Shown here piece after piece: positions 18,188-27,420 of a stretch of DNA of 35,938 nt. The DNA is taken from the NCBI GenBank assembly GCA_900320825.1, contig ONTX01000108.1, forward strand, positions 1 to 35,938. The letters run 5' to 3'. Position 1 is the stretch's first letter. The number at the start of each line of letters is the position of its first letter. The notes beneath the pieces were generated by a model. It did no database searches, was not told where the DNA came from, and saw nothing but the letters and a program-made list of their open reading frames with translations. Both the position numbers and the translations under genes were made by a program. This DNA is from an uncultured Lachnospiraceae bacterium (GTDB lineage: Bacteria > Bacillota > Clostridia > Lachnospirales > Lachnospiraceae).

Positions 18188-19219
18188 TTATTTCTTTTTT
18201 CTGGTGGTTTCGCGCATTATAAGTTCGCCGCCAAACACCGTCTTTTTGGGCATTTCCTCACCGGAAAGAACTCCCATCAGGGCTTCTGTCAGTTTCTGGC
18301 AGAGGGTTTCCAGTTTGTTGTCGATGGATGAAAGCTCGGGATCCGAGCAGGAAGCCAGCATCGAATTGTTGTAGCCGATAACGGAAAAGTCTTCGGGAAT
18401 CTTGTATCCTTTTGACTTGGCGTATTTTACGGCACTCAGTGCCAGGGTATCGTCCGCTGCAATAACACCGTTGAATTTATGGCCTCCCGATGCAACTTTA
18501 TCAAGCTGTGCCATCATTCCGTGGATGTCTTCCCTTGCTCCCTCAAAATACTGAAGCTGTCTTTCGCTGACATTTATCCCGGCATCCTTCATGGCATCCC
18601 TGAATCCGCGCTCTTTGAGAGCTCCGGAGTAGGACAGTGAATTGTAGAAGTAAAGGATGTTTTTGATGCCGGATGAAAGAAGCTCGCCGGTTGCTTTATA
18701 CATGCTCTTGTAATCATCCGAACTTACACAGTAGATATTGTTTCCTTCAAGCTCGGCATTTAAGAGCATTACAGGAACGTTTTCTGCGGCGTTAATGATG
18801 TATTTGTTGTCGCAGGCGTCAGGGTATACGAAGTTGGAACCTACAAGGATTATTCCGTCGACTTTCTTGCTGATGAGTAGGTCGATGGCCGCTTTTTTAT
18901 CCTTGAGAGCATATCCTGTACAGCACAGGAGCGAGTCATATCCGTTGTTTCTGAGGTTTTCTTCAAAATAGTAAATAGCCTTGGCAAGATACAGATCCGA
19001 TGAATCCGCGGCCAGGATGCCTATGGTCTTCATGGTGTTAAGACCCAGGCCTCTCGCGAAGGCATTGGGAGTGTAGCCTGTGTTTTTGATGGCATCCAGA
19101 ACTTTCTTTTTTGTGGCTTCACTTACATTATTGGAGTTATTAAGGACTCTTGAGACCGTAGCGATGGAAACGCCGGCCTGCTCGGAAATGTCGTAGATAG
19201 TTACTGAATGTTCTTTCAA
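18188..19219 (-). CDS. LacI-family transcriptional regulator of the hexuronate locus
   Basis: TIYDISEQAGVSIATVSRVLN HTH, YTPNAFARGL hinge, IPEDFSVIG; TTG start. Confidence 0.93.
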   Translation of the reverse strand: MKEHSVTIYDISEQAGVSIATVSRVLNNSNNVSEATKKKVLDAIKNTGYTPNAFARGLGLNTMKTIGILAADSSDLYLAKAIYYFEENLRNNGYDSLLCCTGYALKDKKAAIDLLISKKVDGIILVGSNFVYPDACDNKYIINAAENVPVMLLNAELEGNNIYCVSSDDYKSMYKATGELLSSGIKNILYFYNSLSYSGALKERGFRDAMKDAGINVSERQLQYFEGAREDIHGMMAQLDKVASGGHKFNGVIAADDTLALSAVKYAKSKGYKIPEDFSVIGYNNSMLASCSDPELSSIDNKLETLCQKLTEALMGVLSGEEMPKKTVFGGELIMRETTRKKK

Positions 19220-19261
19220 TGTAAGGACCCCCTGAAAAACATTTTTGTTTGTTGAAAATTA

Positions 19262-19275
19262 TGAAAGCGTTTACA
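19262..19275. promoter_or_regulatory. LacI-type operator O1
   Basis: TGAAAGCGTTTACA pseudo-palindrome with central CG, at the predicted +1 of the regulator promoter. Confidence 0.75.
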
Positions 19276-19281
19276 CGAGCA

Positions 19282-19310
19282 ATTATAGTAAAAGATGAAA
19301 ATGATTTCAA
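19282..19310 (-). promoter_or_regulatory. Sigma-A promoter of regulator-uxaC
   Basis: Minus-strand TTGAAA (19310-19305), 17 nt, TATAAT (19287-19282). Confidence 0.7.
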
Positions 19311-19338
19311 GTGTTTCAGGAAAAAAATATTTTCAGGC

Positions 19339-19367
19339 TTGACGATAGCAATAAATAAGGGTATTAT
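19339..19367 (+). promoter_or_regulatory. Sigma-A promoter of uxaB-uxaA
   Basis: TTGACG (19339-19344), 17 nt, TATTAT (19362-19367). Confidence 0.7.
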
Positions 19368-19372
19368 CACAA

Positions 19373-19420
19373 TGTAAGGGCTTTCATAAAAATTCAAAAA
19401 TAATCGTGTAAACACTTTCT
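19373..19420. promoter_or_regulatory. LacI-type operators O2 and O3
   Basis: TGTAAGGGCTTTCA (19373-19386) and TGTAAACACTTTCT (19407-19420), each 12/14 identical to the reverse complement of O1. Confidence 0.65.
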
Positions 19421-19478
19421 GAAATCAGCGGAAAAAACTTGTAAAAATCTGTAAAAAAAATAATGGAGGATTCAAAAA

Positions 19479-20939
19479 ATGGAGATTCTTAACCGTGAAA
19501 AAAGCGGAAAAAAAGACCGTCCGGTAAAGGTTGTTCAGTTCGGGGAAGGAAACTTTCTCCGTGCATTTGTTGATTATATGATCGATATAGCCAACGAAGA
19601 GGGAACTTTTGACGGCGACATAGTCCTGATAAAACCCATAGAATTCGGCAATCTGGATCTTTTCCATAAGCAGGACTGTCAGTATACCGTATCTCTCAGG
19701 GGAAATGTGGGCGGAAAAGAAACGAAGATAAACCGCATAGTTACATCGGTTTCGGATGCGGTGGATGCCATAAACGAATATGACAAATACATGGCTCTTG
19801 CAGAGATCCCGACCTTACGTTTTGTTGTTTCCAATACAACGGAGGCAGGTATCGTTTACGTGCCCGAAGACAGATTTGAGATGGATCCTCCTTCAAGCTT
19901 TCCCGGAAAACTTACAAAATTCCTCCATCACAGGTATGAGACATTTAGCGGAGCACCTGACAAGGGCCTCGTAATGCTGCCGGTGGAACTCATTGATGAC
20001 AACGGAATGCACCTTAAGGAGTGCGTTTTCAAACAGATAGACAATTGGGGACTCTCCGGTGAGTTTAAAAAGTGGGTGGATGAAAACTGTGTTTTCACCC
20101 AGACCCTGGTAGACCGCATAGTCACAGGATATCCCAAGGCAACAGAGGAAAAAGAATGGGAAGAGCTGGGATACGAGGACCATATCATGGTAACCGGCGA
20201 ACCCTTTGCACTCTGGGTCATTGAATCCGATAAGGATATCAGCGGAGAATTCGATCTTCCCGGTGCGGGACTTCCTGTTGTATTTACCAAAGATCATCAT
20301 CCTTACAAGCAGAGGAAGGTCAGGATCTTAAACGGAGCCCATACCTCTTTTGTCCTTGCGGCATGGCTTTGCGGAAAAGACATCGTCCGTGATTCAATGC
20401 GTGATGAAGTCATCAAAAACTTTATGAACAGGACCATTTACGACGAAGTCATCCCCACACTCACTCTTCCCGAGGAGGATCTTAAGTCATTTGCATCAGA
20501 GGTTGAAAACCGTTTTGACAATCCTTTTGTTGACCATTCCCTCCTTGCAATCTCACTTAATTCCGTATCAAAGTGGAGAGCGCGCTGCATGCCTTCATTC
20601 CTGGGATATGTGGAAAAATTCGGAAAGCTTCCGGTGCATCTTACATTTTCCATCGCAGCTCTTATCGAGTTTTATAAGGGAACCGAGATCGAAGGCGGTG
20701 TCCTGAAAGGAAACAGAAACGGTCAGAGCTATGATATAAAAGATGATGCGGCGGTTCTTGAATTCTTTGCCGCAAATTCATCGAAAGAGCCTGCGGAGCT
20801 GGCAAAGGCTTATCTTGGAAGAGAGGACTTCCACGGTCAGGATCTTAACAAGGTGGAAGGACTGACGGATGCTGTTGCCGGATATATTGCCGATATCCGC
20901 TCCGAAGGTATGTATGAAGCAATGAAGAAGATAGGTTGA
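19479..20939 (+). CDS. uxaB: Tagaturonate reductase (altronate oxidoreductase)
   Basis: QFGEGNFLRAF, SNTTEAGI, VDRIVTGYP, KVRILNGAHT, RFDNPF. Confidence 0.95.
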   Translation: MEILNREKSGKKDRPVKVVQFGEGNFLRAFVDYMIDIANEEGTFDGDIVLIKPIEFGNLDLFHKQDCQYTVSLRGNVGGKETKINRIVTSVSDAVDAINEYDKYMALAEIPTLRFVVSNTTEAGIVYVPEDRFEMDPPSSFPGKLTKFLHHRYETFSGAPDKGLVMLPVELIDDNGMHLKECVFKQIDNWGLSGEFKKWVDENCVFTQTLVDRIVTGYPKATEEKEWEELGYEDHIMVTGEPFALWVIESDKDISGEFDLPGAGLPVVFTKDHHPYKQRKVRILNGAHTSFVLAAWLCGKDIVRDSMRDEVIKNFMNRTIYDEVIPTLTLPEEDLKSFASEVENRFDNPFVDHSLLAISLNSVSKWRARCMPSFLGYVEKFGKLPVHLTFSIAALIEFYKGTEIEGGVLKGNRNGQSYDIKDDAAVLEFFAANSSKEPAELAKAYLGREDFHGQDLNKVEGLTDAVAGYIADIRSEGMYEAMKKIG

Positions 20940-20945
20940 TGATAT

Positions 20946-22436
20946 ATGAAGGATTATCTCAGGATCAATGAAAAAGACAATGTAGCCGTTGCAATAAACG
21001 AGTTGCCGATACATTCCTCCCTCAATCCTGAACCGGAAGGAGCAGCGGTTCAGACTCTCGAGACTATTCCCGCAGGCCATAAAGTGGCTTTGCGGGATAT
21101 CCGCGAGGGCGAGAAGGTAATAAAATACGGATTTCCCATAGGGATTGCAACTGCAGATATCCCTGCAGGAAGTCATGTCCATACACATAATATAAAAACG
21201 GGACTGACAGAATCTGCCGAATATAAGTATGAGCCTGCAGGTGCCAAAAATCCCAAAGGCATAACAGGAACCTTTAAAGGTTTTTTGCGTGATGACGGGA
21301 ATGTGGGAGTAAGGAACGAAATCTGGATAATACCAACCGTAGGGTGTGTAAACGATGTTGCAAAGGCTATTGCCGGCGTATCACAAAAACATATCAAGGG
21401 ATCGGTTTCGGATGTCATCGCCTTTTCTCACCCATACGGATGTTCCCAGATGGGTGAAGATCAGGATAATACAAGGAAGATCCTGTGTGATCTTATAAAC
21501 CATCCGAATGCCGGAGGCGTCCTGGTACTTAGTCTTGGCTGCGAGAATTCCAATCTCGATGTGCTTAAGCCCATGCTGAAAAATGCAGATCCCGAGAGGG
21601 TGAAATTCCTTGTCTGCCAGGAATCCGAAGATGAGATCGCTGACGGAGAAAAACTTGTAAAAGAACTCATAACATATGCAGGTTCTTTCAGAAGAGAAGA
21701 TGTTCCCGTTTCGAAACTTGTCATAGGATTAAAATGCGGAGGATCAGACGGCCTTTCCGGAATTACGGCTAATCCTCTTGTAGGACGTTTTTCCGACAGA
21801 CTTGTGTCAAAGGGCGGTACCACCATCCTTACGGAAGTCCCCGAGATGTTCGGTGCGGAGACCATTCTGATGAACAGATGCGAAACTCCCGAACTTTTCG
21901 ACAAGACAGTATGTCTTATAAATGATTTTAAAAATTATTTTACTTCCAACGGTCAGACGGTATATGAAAACCCTTCACCAGGCAATAAAAAGGGAGGTAT
22001 TTCCACCCTTGAGGATAAATCCCTGGGATGTACCCAGAAATCCGGCTCGGCTCCTGTTAAGGGGGTCCTTGCATACGGGGAAAGAGTAAGTACGTCCGGA
22101 CTCAATCTTTTGTCCGCACCGGGAAATGACCTGGTTGCGGCCACCGCTCTTGCGGCATCCGGTGCCCAGATAGTTCTTTTTACAACGGGCCGGGGCACTC
22201 CCTTTGCATCGCCTGTGCCTACGGTGAAGATCTCCACAAACTCAAGACTTGCCGGCTTCAAGAAGACCTGGATCGATTTTGATGCCGGAGTTTTGGTCGA
22301 TGACGGGTGTGATCCCGGGGATGTCCTTGACGAACTTTACGATCTTGTAATAGAGGTGGCAGAGGGAAAGAAGGTCAGATCAGAAGAGGCCGGATTCCAC
22401 GATATGGCTATTTTCAAGACGGGTGTTACACTGTAA
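20946..22436 (+). CDS. uxaA: Altronate dehydratase
   Basis: N-terminal SAF domain (GHKVAL, KYG.PIG, HVHTHN); HPYGCSQ, CGGSDG.SG, NPSPGNKKGG, FTTGRG. Confidence 0.95.
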   Translation: MKDYLRINEKDNVAVAINELPIHSSLNPEPEGAAVQTLETIPAGHKVALRDIREGEKVIKYGFPIGIATADIPAGSHVHTHNIKTGLTESAEYKYEPAGAKNPKGITGTFKGFLRDDGNVGVRNEIWIIPTVGCVNDVAKAIAGVSQKHIKGSVSDVIAFSHPYGCSQMGEDQDNTRKILCDLINHPNAGGVLVLSLGCENSNLDVLKPMLKNADPERVKFLVCQESEDEIADGEKLVKELITYAGSFRREDVPVSKLVIGLKCGGSDGLSGITANPLVGRFSDRLVSKGGTTILTEVPEMFGAETILMNRCETPELFDKTVCLINDFKNYFTSNGQTVYENPSPGNKKGGISTLEDKSLGCTQKSGSAPVKGVLAYGERVSTSGLNLLSAPGNDLVAATALAASGAQIVLFTTGRGTPFASPVPTVKISTNSRLAGFKKTWIDFDAGVLVDDGCDPGDVLDELYDLVIEVAEGKKVRSEEAGFHDMAIFKTGVTL

Positions 22437-22451
22437 GATATGTTATAATGG

Positions 22452-22478
22452 AAAAGCGACCGGACTCCGGTCGCTTTT
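22452..22478 (+). terminator. Terminator-like hairpin after uxaA
   Basis: AAAAGCGACCGGA-C-TCCGGTCGCTTTT. Confidence 0.7.
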
Positions 22479-22497
22479 ATGATAAGAGGAGAAGGAT

Positions 22498-23331
22498 ATG
22501 CAGCTTGGAATAAGATTCCACGATACGGAAAAGATTGCTTTTGAAGACAGGGTTAAAAAGGTTCATGACCTGGGTTTTAAATGTGCTCATATTGCACTTT
22601 CCAAGATAGAAGATATACCTTCTGCACCGGATGCACTGACTCCCGGATACGGAAAATACATCAGGAAAGTATTTGATAAAAACGAAGTCGATATTGCGGT
22701 ACTGGGCTGTTATCTTAACCTTGCAGATCCCGATGAAGAAAGGCTTAAGGTCATCAAGTACAAATATGAAGCCAGCATACGTTTTGCCTCATACATCGGT
22801 GCCGGAATGGTGGGAACCGAGACCGGGGCACCGAATTCTGAGTATAAGAGCTGCTCTGAGTGCAGGTCGGATGAAGCTTTGGAGAGCTTTATCGCAGGTC
22901 TTGAGGAGGTGGTGGGATATGCCGAAAAATTCGGAGTGGTCGTTGCAATAGAGCCCGTGGCAAAGCATATAGTCTGGAATGCCGACAGGGCAAGAAAGGT
23001 CTTGGACAGGATCGCATCTCCCAATCTCAAGATCATCTTTGATCCGGTCAATCTTCTGGATGAGACTAATTTTAAAGATCGTGAGCAGATCTTTGCACAT
23101 ACCATGGATGTCCTGGGACCTGATATCGTAATGCTCCATCTGAAAGATTATGTAAACCAAGATGGTAAATTAAAGTCTGTGGGCTGCGGCCTTGGTGAGA
23201 TGGACTATGAGAGTATCCTAAGGTATATCAAGTCCGAAAAGCCTTTTATCCATGCAACTTTGGAAAATACCACTCCCGAAAATCACGAAAAGTGCAGGGA
23301 TACGATACTGGATATATATAATAAAGTGTGA
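22498..23331 (+). CDS. Sugar phosphate isomerase/epimerase, xylose-isomerase-like TIM barrel
   Basis: Metal-ligand pattern IEPV, FDPVN, HLKD, LE; G.G.MDY. Confidence 0.85.
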   Translation: MQLGIRFHDTEKIAFEDRVKKVHDLGFKCAHIALSKIEDIPSAPDALTPGYGKYIRKVFDKNEVDIAVLGCYLNLADPDEERLKVIKYKYEASIRFASYIGAGMVGTETGAPNSEYKSCSECRSDEALESFIAGLEEVVGYAEKFGVVVAIEPVAKHIVWNADRARKVLDRIASPNLKIIFDPVNLLDETNFKDREQIFAHTMDVLGPDIVMLHLKDYVNQDGKLKSVGCGLGEMDYESILRYIKSEKPFIHATLENTTPENHEKCRDTILDIYNKV

Positions 23332-23588
23332 GCAAAATGGGATTATTTAAGAGTAAAGCAGAAAAAGAACTGGATGGCATCATTCTCCGCCTTGAGATGA
23401 ATATGTCCAATAATTATAAGGACAATGCCCAGAGTAACCTTAAGGAACTGGAGGAAAGACTGGCACAGCTTCGGGAAAACAAAGGGGCAGGCCCCAAAGC
23501 GCTCTCGAAATATGAGGCTATTCTGGCTGATTATAAGGAAAAAATGCAGGGTTACAGCCACAAAGACCAAAAGCCCTACTGGCATTGA
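23328..23588 (+). CDS. Small helical hypothetical protein (start may be ATG 23337)
   Basis: 86-aa ORF filling the gap, GTGA overlap with the upstream stop, amphipathic helical composition. Confidence 0.7.
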   Translation: MSKMGLFKSKAEKELDGIILRLEMNMSNNYKDNAQSNLKELEERLAQLRENKGAGPKALSKYEAILADYKEKMQGYSHKDQKPYWH

Positions 23589-23593
23589 TTAAT

Positions 23594-23622
23594 TTGAATA
23601 TCTCACATATATTTGGTAAAAT
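23594..23622 (+). promoter_or_regulatory. Sigma-A promoter of secA-prfB
   Basis: TTGAAT (23594-23599), 17 nt, TG-G-TAAAAT (23614-23622). Confidence 0.65.
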
Positions 23623-23649
23623 GTACGGATGTGAGGTTTAAAGGAAATT

Positions 23650-26226
23650 ATGAAACTTAGAGAAAAAATCTTCGGAACTCATTCCGAGCATGAACTGAAA
23701 AAAATCTACCCCATAGTGGATAAAATAGAAAGTTACAGGGAGGAAATGCAGGCTCTTTCAGATGATGAACTCAGAGCCAAGACCCCCTGGTTTAAGGAAC
23801 GCCTTGAAAAGGGCGAGACCTTAGACGACATTCTTCCCGAGGCTTTTGCCGTAGTCAGGGAAGCTGCCAAGAGATCCATAGGAATGGAGCACTACAGAGT
23901 CCAACTTATCGGTGGTATCGTTCTTCATGGCGGAAGCATTGCCGAGATGAGAACCGGTGAAGGTAAGACCCTTGTATCAACATGTCCCGCATACCTTAAT
24001 GCTCTTTCGGGAAAGGGAGTTCACATCGTTACCGTTAACGATTACCTTGCAAACCGTGACGCAGAGTGGATGGGTGCGGTTCACAGATTCCTGGGACTTA
24101 CAGTCGGATGCGTACTTAATTCCATGACTCCCGAGGAGAGGCAGCAGGCGTATAACTGCGATATTACATATGTGACCAACAACGAGCTTGGCTTTGATTA
24201 CCTCAGGGATAACATGGCCATATATAAGAAACAGCTCGTTTTGAGAGATCTTAATTTCTGTATCATCGACGAGGTTGACTCCGTTCTTATCGACGAAGCC
24301 AGGACGCCTCTTATCATTTCCGGTCAGAGCGGAAAATCCACCGCACTCTATGAGATGTGCGATCTTCTTGCAAGACAGCTTAAGCGCGGAGACGATGTCA
24401 AGGAACTTTCCAAGATGGATGCCATCATGGGTGTTGTCCAGGAAGAGACCGGTGACTTTGTCGTAAACGAAAAGGATAAGATCGTAAACCTTACCGAAGC
24501 CGGAACAGCAAGAGTCGAGCAGTTCTTCCATATAGAAAATCTCTCGGATCCCGAGAATACCGAGATAAACCACAATATCATCCTGGCTCTCAGGGCACAT
24601 AACCTGATGCATAGGGATCAGGACTATGTTGTTAAGGATGACCAGATCCTTATCGTTGATGAGTTCACCGGACGTATCATGCCCGGCAGACGTTTTTCCG
24701 ACGGACTCCATCAGGCGATAGAGGCTAAGGAGCATGTTAAGGTTAAGCGCGAGTCCAAGACTCTTGCAACCATCACTTTCCAGAATTTCTTTAATCTCTT
24801 TGAGAAAAAATCAGGTATGACAGGTACCGCTCTTACCGAAGAGGACGAGTTCAGGGAGATCTACGGTATGGATGTCATCACCATCCCCACAAACCGTCCC
24901 GTTATCAGAAAAGACCTTCAGGATGCGGTTTACAAGACTAAAAAGGAAAAACTGAACGCTATTTTGATGGCAACCCAGGAAGCTCATGCAAAGGGCCAGC
25001 CCGTTCTTATCGGTACCATCAATATCGATTCCAGTGAGGAACTCAGCAGACTGTTTTCAAAAGCAGGCATTAAGCATGAAGTGCTGAATGCGAAGTTCCA
25101 TGAAAGAGAAGCAGAGATTGTAGCTCAGGCCGGTGTACACGGAAATGTCACCATCGCCACCAATATGGCAGGCCGTGGTACCGATATCAAACTTGACGAA
25201 GAAGCAAGAGCAGCCGGAGGACTCAAGATAATCGGAACAGAGCGCCATGAATCAAGGCGTATAGATAATCAGCTCCGCGGACGTTCAGGACGTCAGGGAG
25301 ATCCCGGTGAATCCAAATTCTATATCTCACTTGAAGATGAGCTGATGAGACTCTTCGGTTCGGAACGTCTTATTGCCATGTTCAATGCTCTCGGAATCCC
25401 CGAGGGACAGGAGATAGAACACAAGGCTCTTACCGGTGCCATTGAGTCGGCACAGAAAAAGATCGAAGCCAACAACTTCGGTATACGTAAGAATCTGCTT
25501 GAGTATGACCGCGTCATGAGCGAGCAGAGACAGATCATCTATGAAGAAAGACGCAAGGTTCTCGATGGTGAGAGCATGCGTGATTACATTTACAAGATGA
25601 TCACCGATATAGTCGAAAGAAGCATTGATACCTGTATCAATGATGATGTATCCCCTGAAAATTGGGATTTTACGGAGCTTAATGAACTCCTCCTTCCCAT
25701 CATTCCTCTTGAGCCCGTTACCAAAGAGAGAATGAGCAAACTCAAGAAAAACAGCATCAAGCAGGCTCTCAAGGAAGAAGCGGTCAAGTACTATGAGACC
25801 AAGGAAGCTGAGTTCCCTGAGCCTGAGCAGATCCGTGAAGTGGAGAGAGTCATTCTCCTTCGTACCATCGACCGTAAGTGGATGTCCCATATCGATGATA
25901 TGGAGATCATGAAGCAGGGTGCAGGACTTGTATCCTACGGACAAAAGGATCCTCTCATCGAGTACAGAAACCAGGGATATGCGATGTTCGAAGAGCTTAT
26001 CCAGAATATACAGGAAGATACCGTTAAGGTTCTCATGCATATCAAGGTTGAGCAGAAGGTAGAGCGTGAGCAGGTTGCACAGGTTACCGGCACCAACAAG
26101 GATGATTCCGGTCCCCGCGCACCAAAGACAAGGGCTGCACAAAAAGTTTATCCCAACGATCCCTGTCCTTGCGGAAGCGGCAAGAAGTTCAAGGCCTGCC
26201 ATGGCAGACCCGGGGTCAAGCTCTGA
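23650..26226 (+). CDS. secA: Preprotein translocase ATPase SecA
   Basis: [38 protein letters not shown]-terminal [17 protein letters not shown]. Confidence 0.99.
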   Translation: MKLREKIFGTHSEHELKKIYPIVDKIESYREEMQALSDDELRAKTPWFKERLEKGETLDDILPEAFAVVREAAKRSIGMEHYRVQLIGGIVLHGGSIAEMRTGEGKTLVSTCPAYLNALSGKGVHIVTVNDYLANRDAEWMGAVHRFLGLTVGCVLNSMTPEERQQAYNCDITYVTNNELGFDYLRDNMAIYKKQLVLRDLNFCIIDEVDSVLIDEARTPLIISGQSGKSTALYEMCDLLARQLKRGDDVKELSKMDAIMGVVQEETGDFVVNEKDKIVNLTEAGTARVEQFFHIENLSDPENTEINHNIILALRAHNLMHRDQDYVVKDDQILIVDEFTGRIMPGRRFSDGLHQAIEAKEHVKVKRESKTLATITFQNFFNLFEKKSGMTGTALTEEDEFREIYGMDVITIPTNRPVIRKDLQDAVYKTKKEKLNAILMATQEAHAKGQPVLIGTINIDSSEELSRLFSKAGIKHEVLNAKFHEREAEIVAQAGVHGNVTIATNMAGRGTDIKLDEEARAAGGLKIIGTERHESRRIDNQLRGRSGRQGDPGESKFYISLEDELMRLFGSERLIAMFNALGIPEGQEIEHKALTGAIESAQKKIEANNFGIRKNLLEYDRVMSEQRQIIYEERRKVLDGESMRDYIYKMITDIVERSIDTCINDDVSPENWDFTELNELLLPIIPLEPVTKERMSKLKKNSIKQALKEEAVKYYETKEAEFPEPEQIREVERVILLRTIDRKWMSHIDDMEIMKQGAGLVSYGQKDPLIEYRNQGYAMFEELIQNIQEDTVKVLMHIKVEQKVEREQVAQVTGTNKDDSGPRAPKTRAAQKVYPNDPCPCGSGKKFKACHGRPGVKL

Positions 26227-26280
26227 CGACTCATTTTTTGAAACATGATGATTTTTGATTTTTCGGAAAGTGAGTAAAAA

Positions 26281-27420
26281 ATGGTAGAACTTGATCAGAT
26301 AAAAGCAGAAGTATTAACATACAAGGACCCTCTTGCGGAGGTTAAAGATTCTCTCAGTCTTGAGGATAAGGCCAAGAAGATAGAAGAGCTTGAAAGGGAG
26401 ATGGAAGCTCCCGGATTCTGGGATGATCCCGACAGGGCCAATGCCAAGATGAAAGAGCTCAAGAATATGAAGGATACCAGGGATCTGATAAAGAGCCTTG
26501 AGACCGGTATCGACGATATCCTTACCCTTGTTGAAATGGGAAATGAAGAAGAGGATGAATCACTTATTCCCGAAGCAAGGGAAGAACTTGATAATTTTAT
26601 TGAGAGATTTGAAGAGCTCAGGCTTTCGACCCTTCTTTCCGGTGAGTACGATGACTCCGATGCCATCGTAGAGCTCAATGCCGGAGCGGGTGGTACAGAG
26701 AGCTGCGACTGGTGCGGAATGCTTTTCCGTATGTATTCCAAGTGGGCCGATAAAAAAGGACTGAAGGTTGAAGTGCTGGATCAGCTTGACGGAGATGAAG
26801 CCGGCATTAAGTCGGTTTCTTTCCAGGTAAGCGGTGATAACGCATACGGATATCTTAAGAGTGAAAAAGGTGTCCACAGACTTGTCAGGATATCCCCTTT
26901 CAATGCACAGGCAAAGCGTCAGACTTCGTTTGTAAGCTGCATGGTAATGCCCATAATCCCTCAGAATAACGATATCGTTATCGAGGACAAGGACATCAGG
27001 ATCGATACATATCGAAGCTCCGGTGCCGGCGGACAGCACATCAATAAGACATCTTCAGCTATCCGTATAACTCATATCCCTACCGGAATAGTTGTTACCT
27101 GTCAGAATGAGAGAAGCCAGTTCCAGAATAAGGACAAGGCTTTTGAAATGCTCCGTTCCAAACTGTTCGAGCTTAAAATGGAAGAAGAGGAAGCTAAGAG
27201 CAAGGGTATAGCAGGTGAGATCAAGGACATTGCCTGGGGCAACCAGATCCGCAGCTATTTCCTCCAGCCATACACCATGGTCACCGATAAGCGTACCGGG
27301 TACAAGACATCGGATGCACTGGGTGTTCTTGACGGAAAGCTTGACCAGTTCATTGTCAGTTACCTTAAGTGGAAGAGCACCGGCGGCGCTGAAGTCGGCG
27401 GAGATGACGAGGAGATATGA
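26281..27420 (+). CDS. prfB: Peptide chain release factor 2, single uninterrupted ORF
   Basis: SPF motif (RISPF), GAGGQ, WGNQIRSY; follows secA. Confidence 0.97.
   Translation: MVELDQIKAEVLTYKDPLAEVKDSLSLEDKAKKIEELEREMEAPGFWDDPDRANAKMKELKNMKDTRDLIKSLETGIDDILTLVEMGNEEEDESLIPEAREELDNFIERFEELRLSTLLSGEYDDSDAIVELNAGAGGTESCDWCGMLFRMYSKWADKKGLKVEVLDQLDGDEAGIKSVSFQVSGDNAYGYLKSEKGVHRLVRISPFNAQAKRQTSFVSCMVMPIIPQNNDIVIEDKDIRIDTYRSSGAGGQHINKTSSAIRITHIPTGIVVTCQNERSQFQNKDKAFEMLRSKLFELKMEEEEAKSKGIAGEIKDIAWGNQIRSYFLQPYTMVTDKRTGYKTSDALGVLDGKLDQFIVSYLKWKSTGGAEVGGDDEEI

Noticed and set aside
23977-26202. Long antisense ORFs (252 and 291 aa) within secA
   Set aside because: Shadow ORFs expected from codon bias of a highly expressed gene; no motifs.
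26221-26277. secA stop context CTC TGA C and a short uORF (MMIFDFSESE) as a substitute RF2 sensor
   Set aside because: Read-through and +1 frames both stop before prfB, and the uORF lacks an SD.
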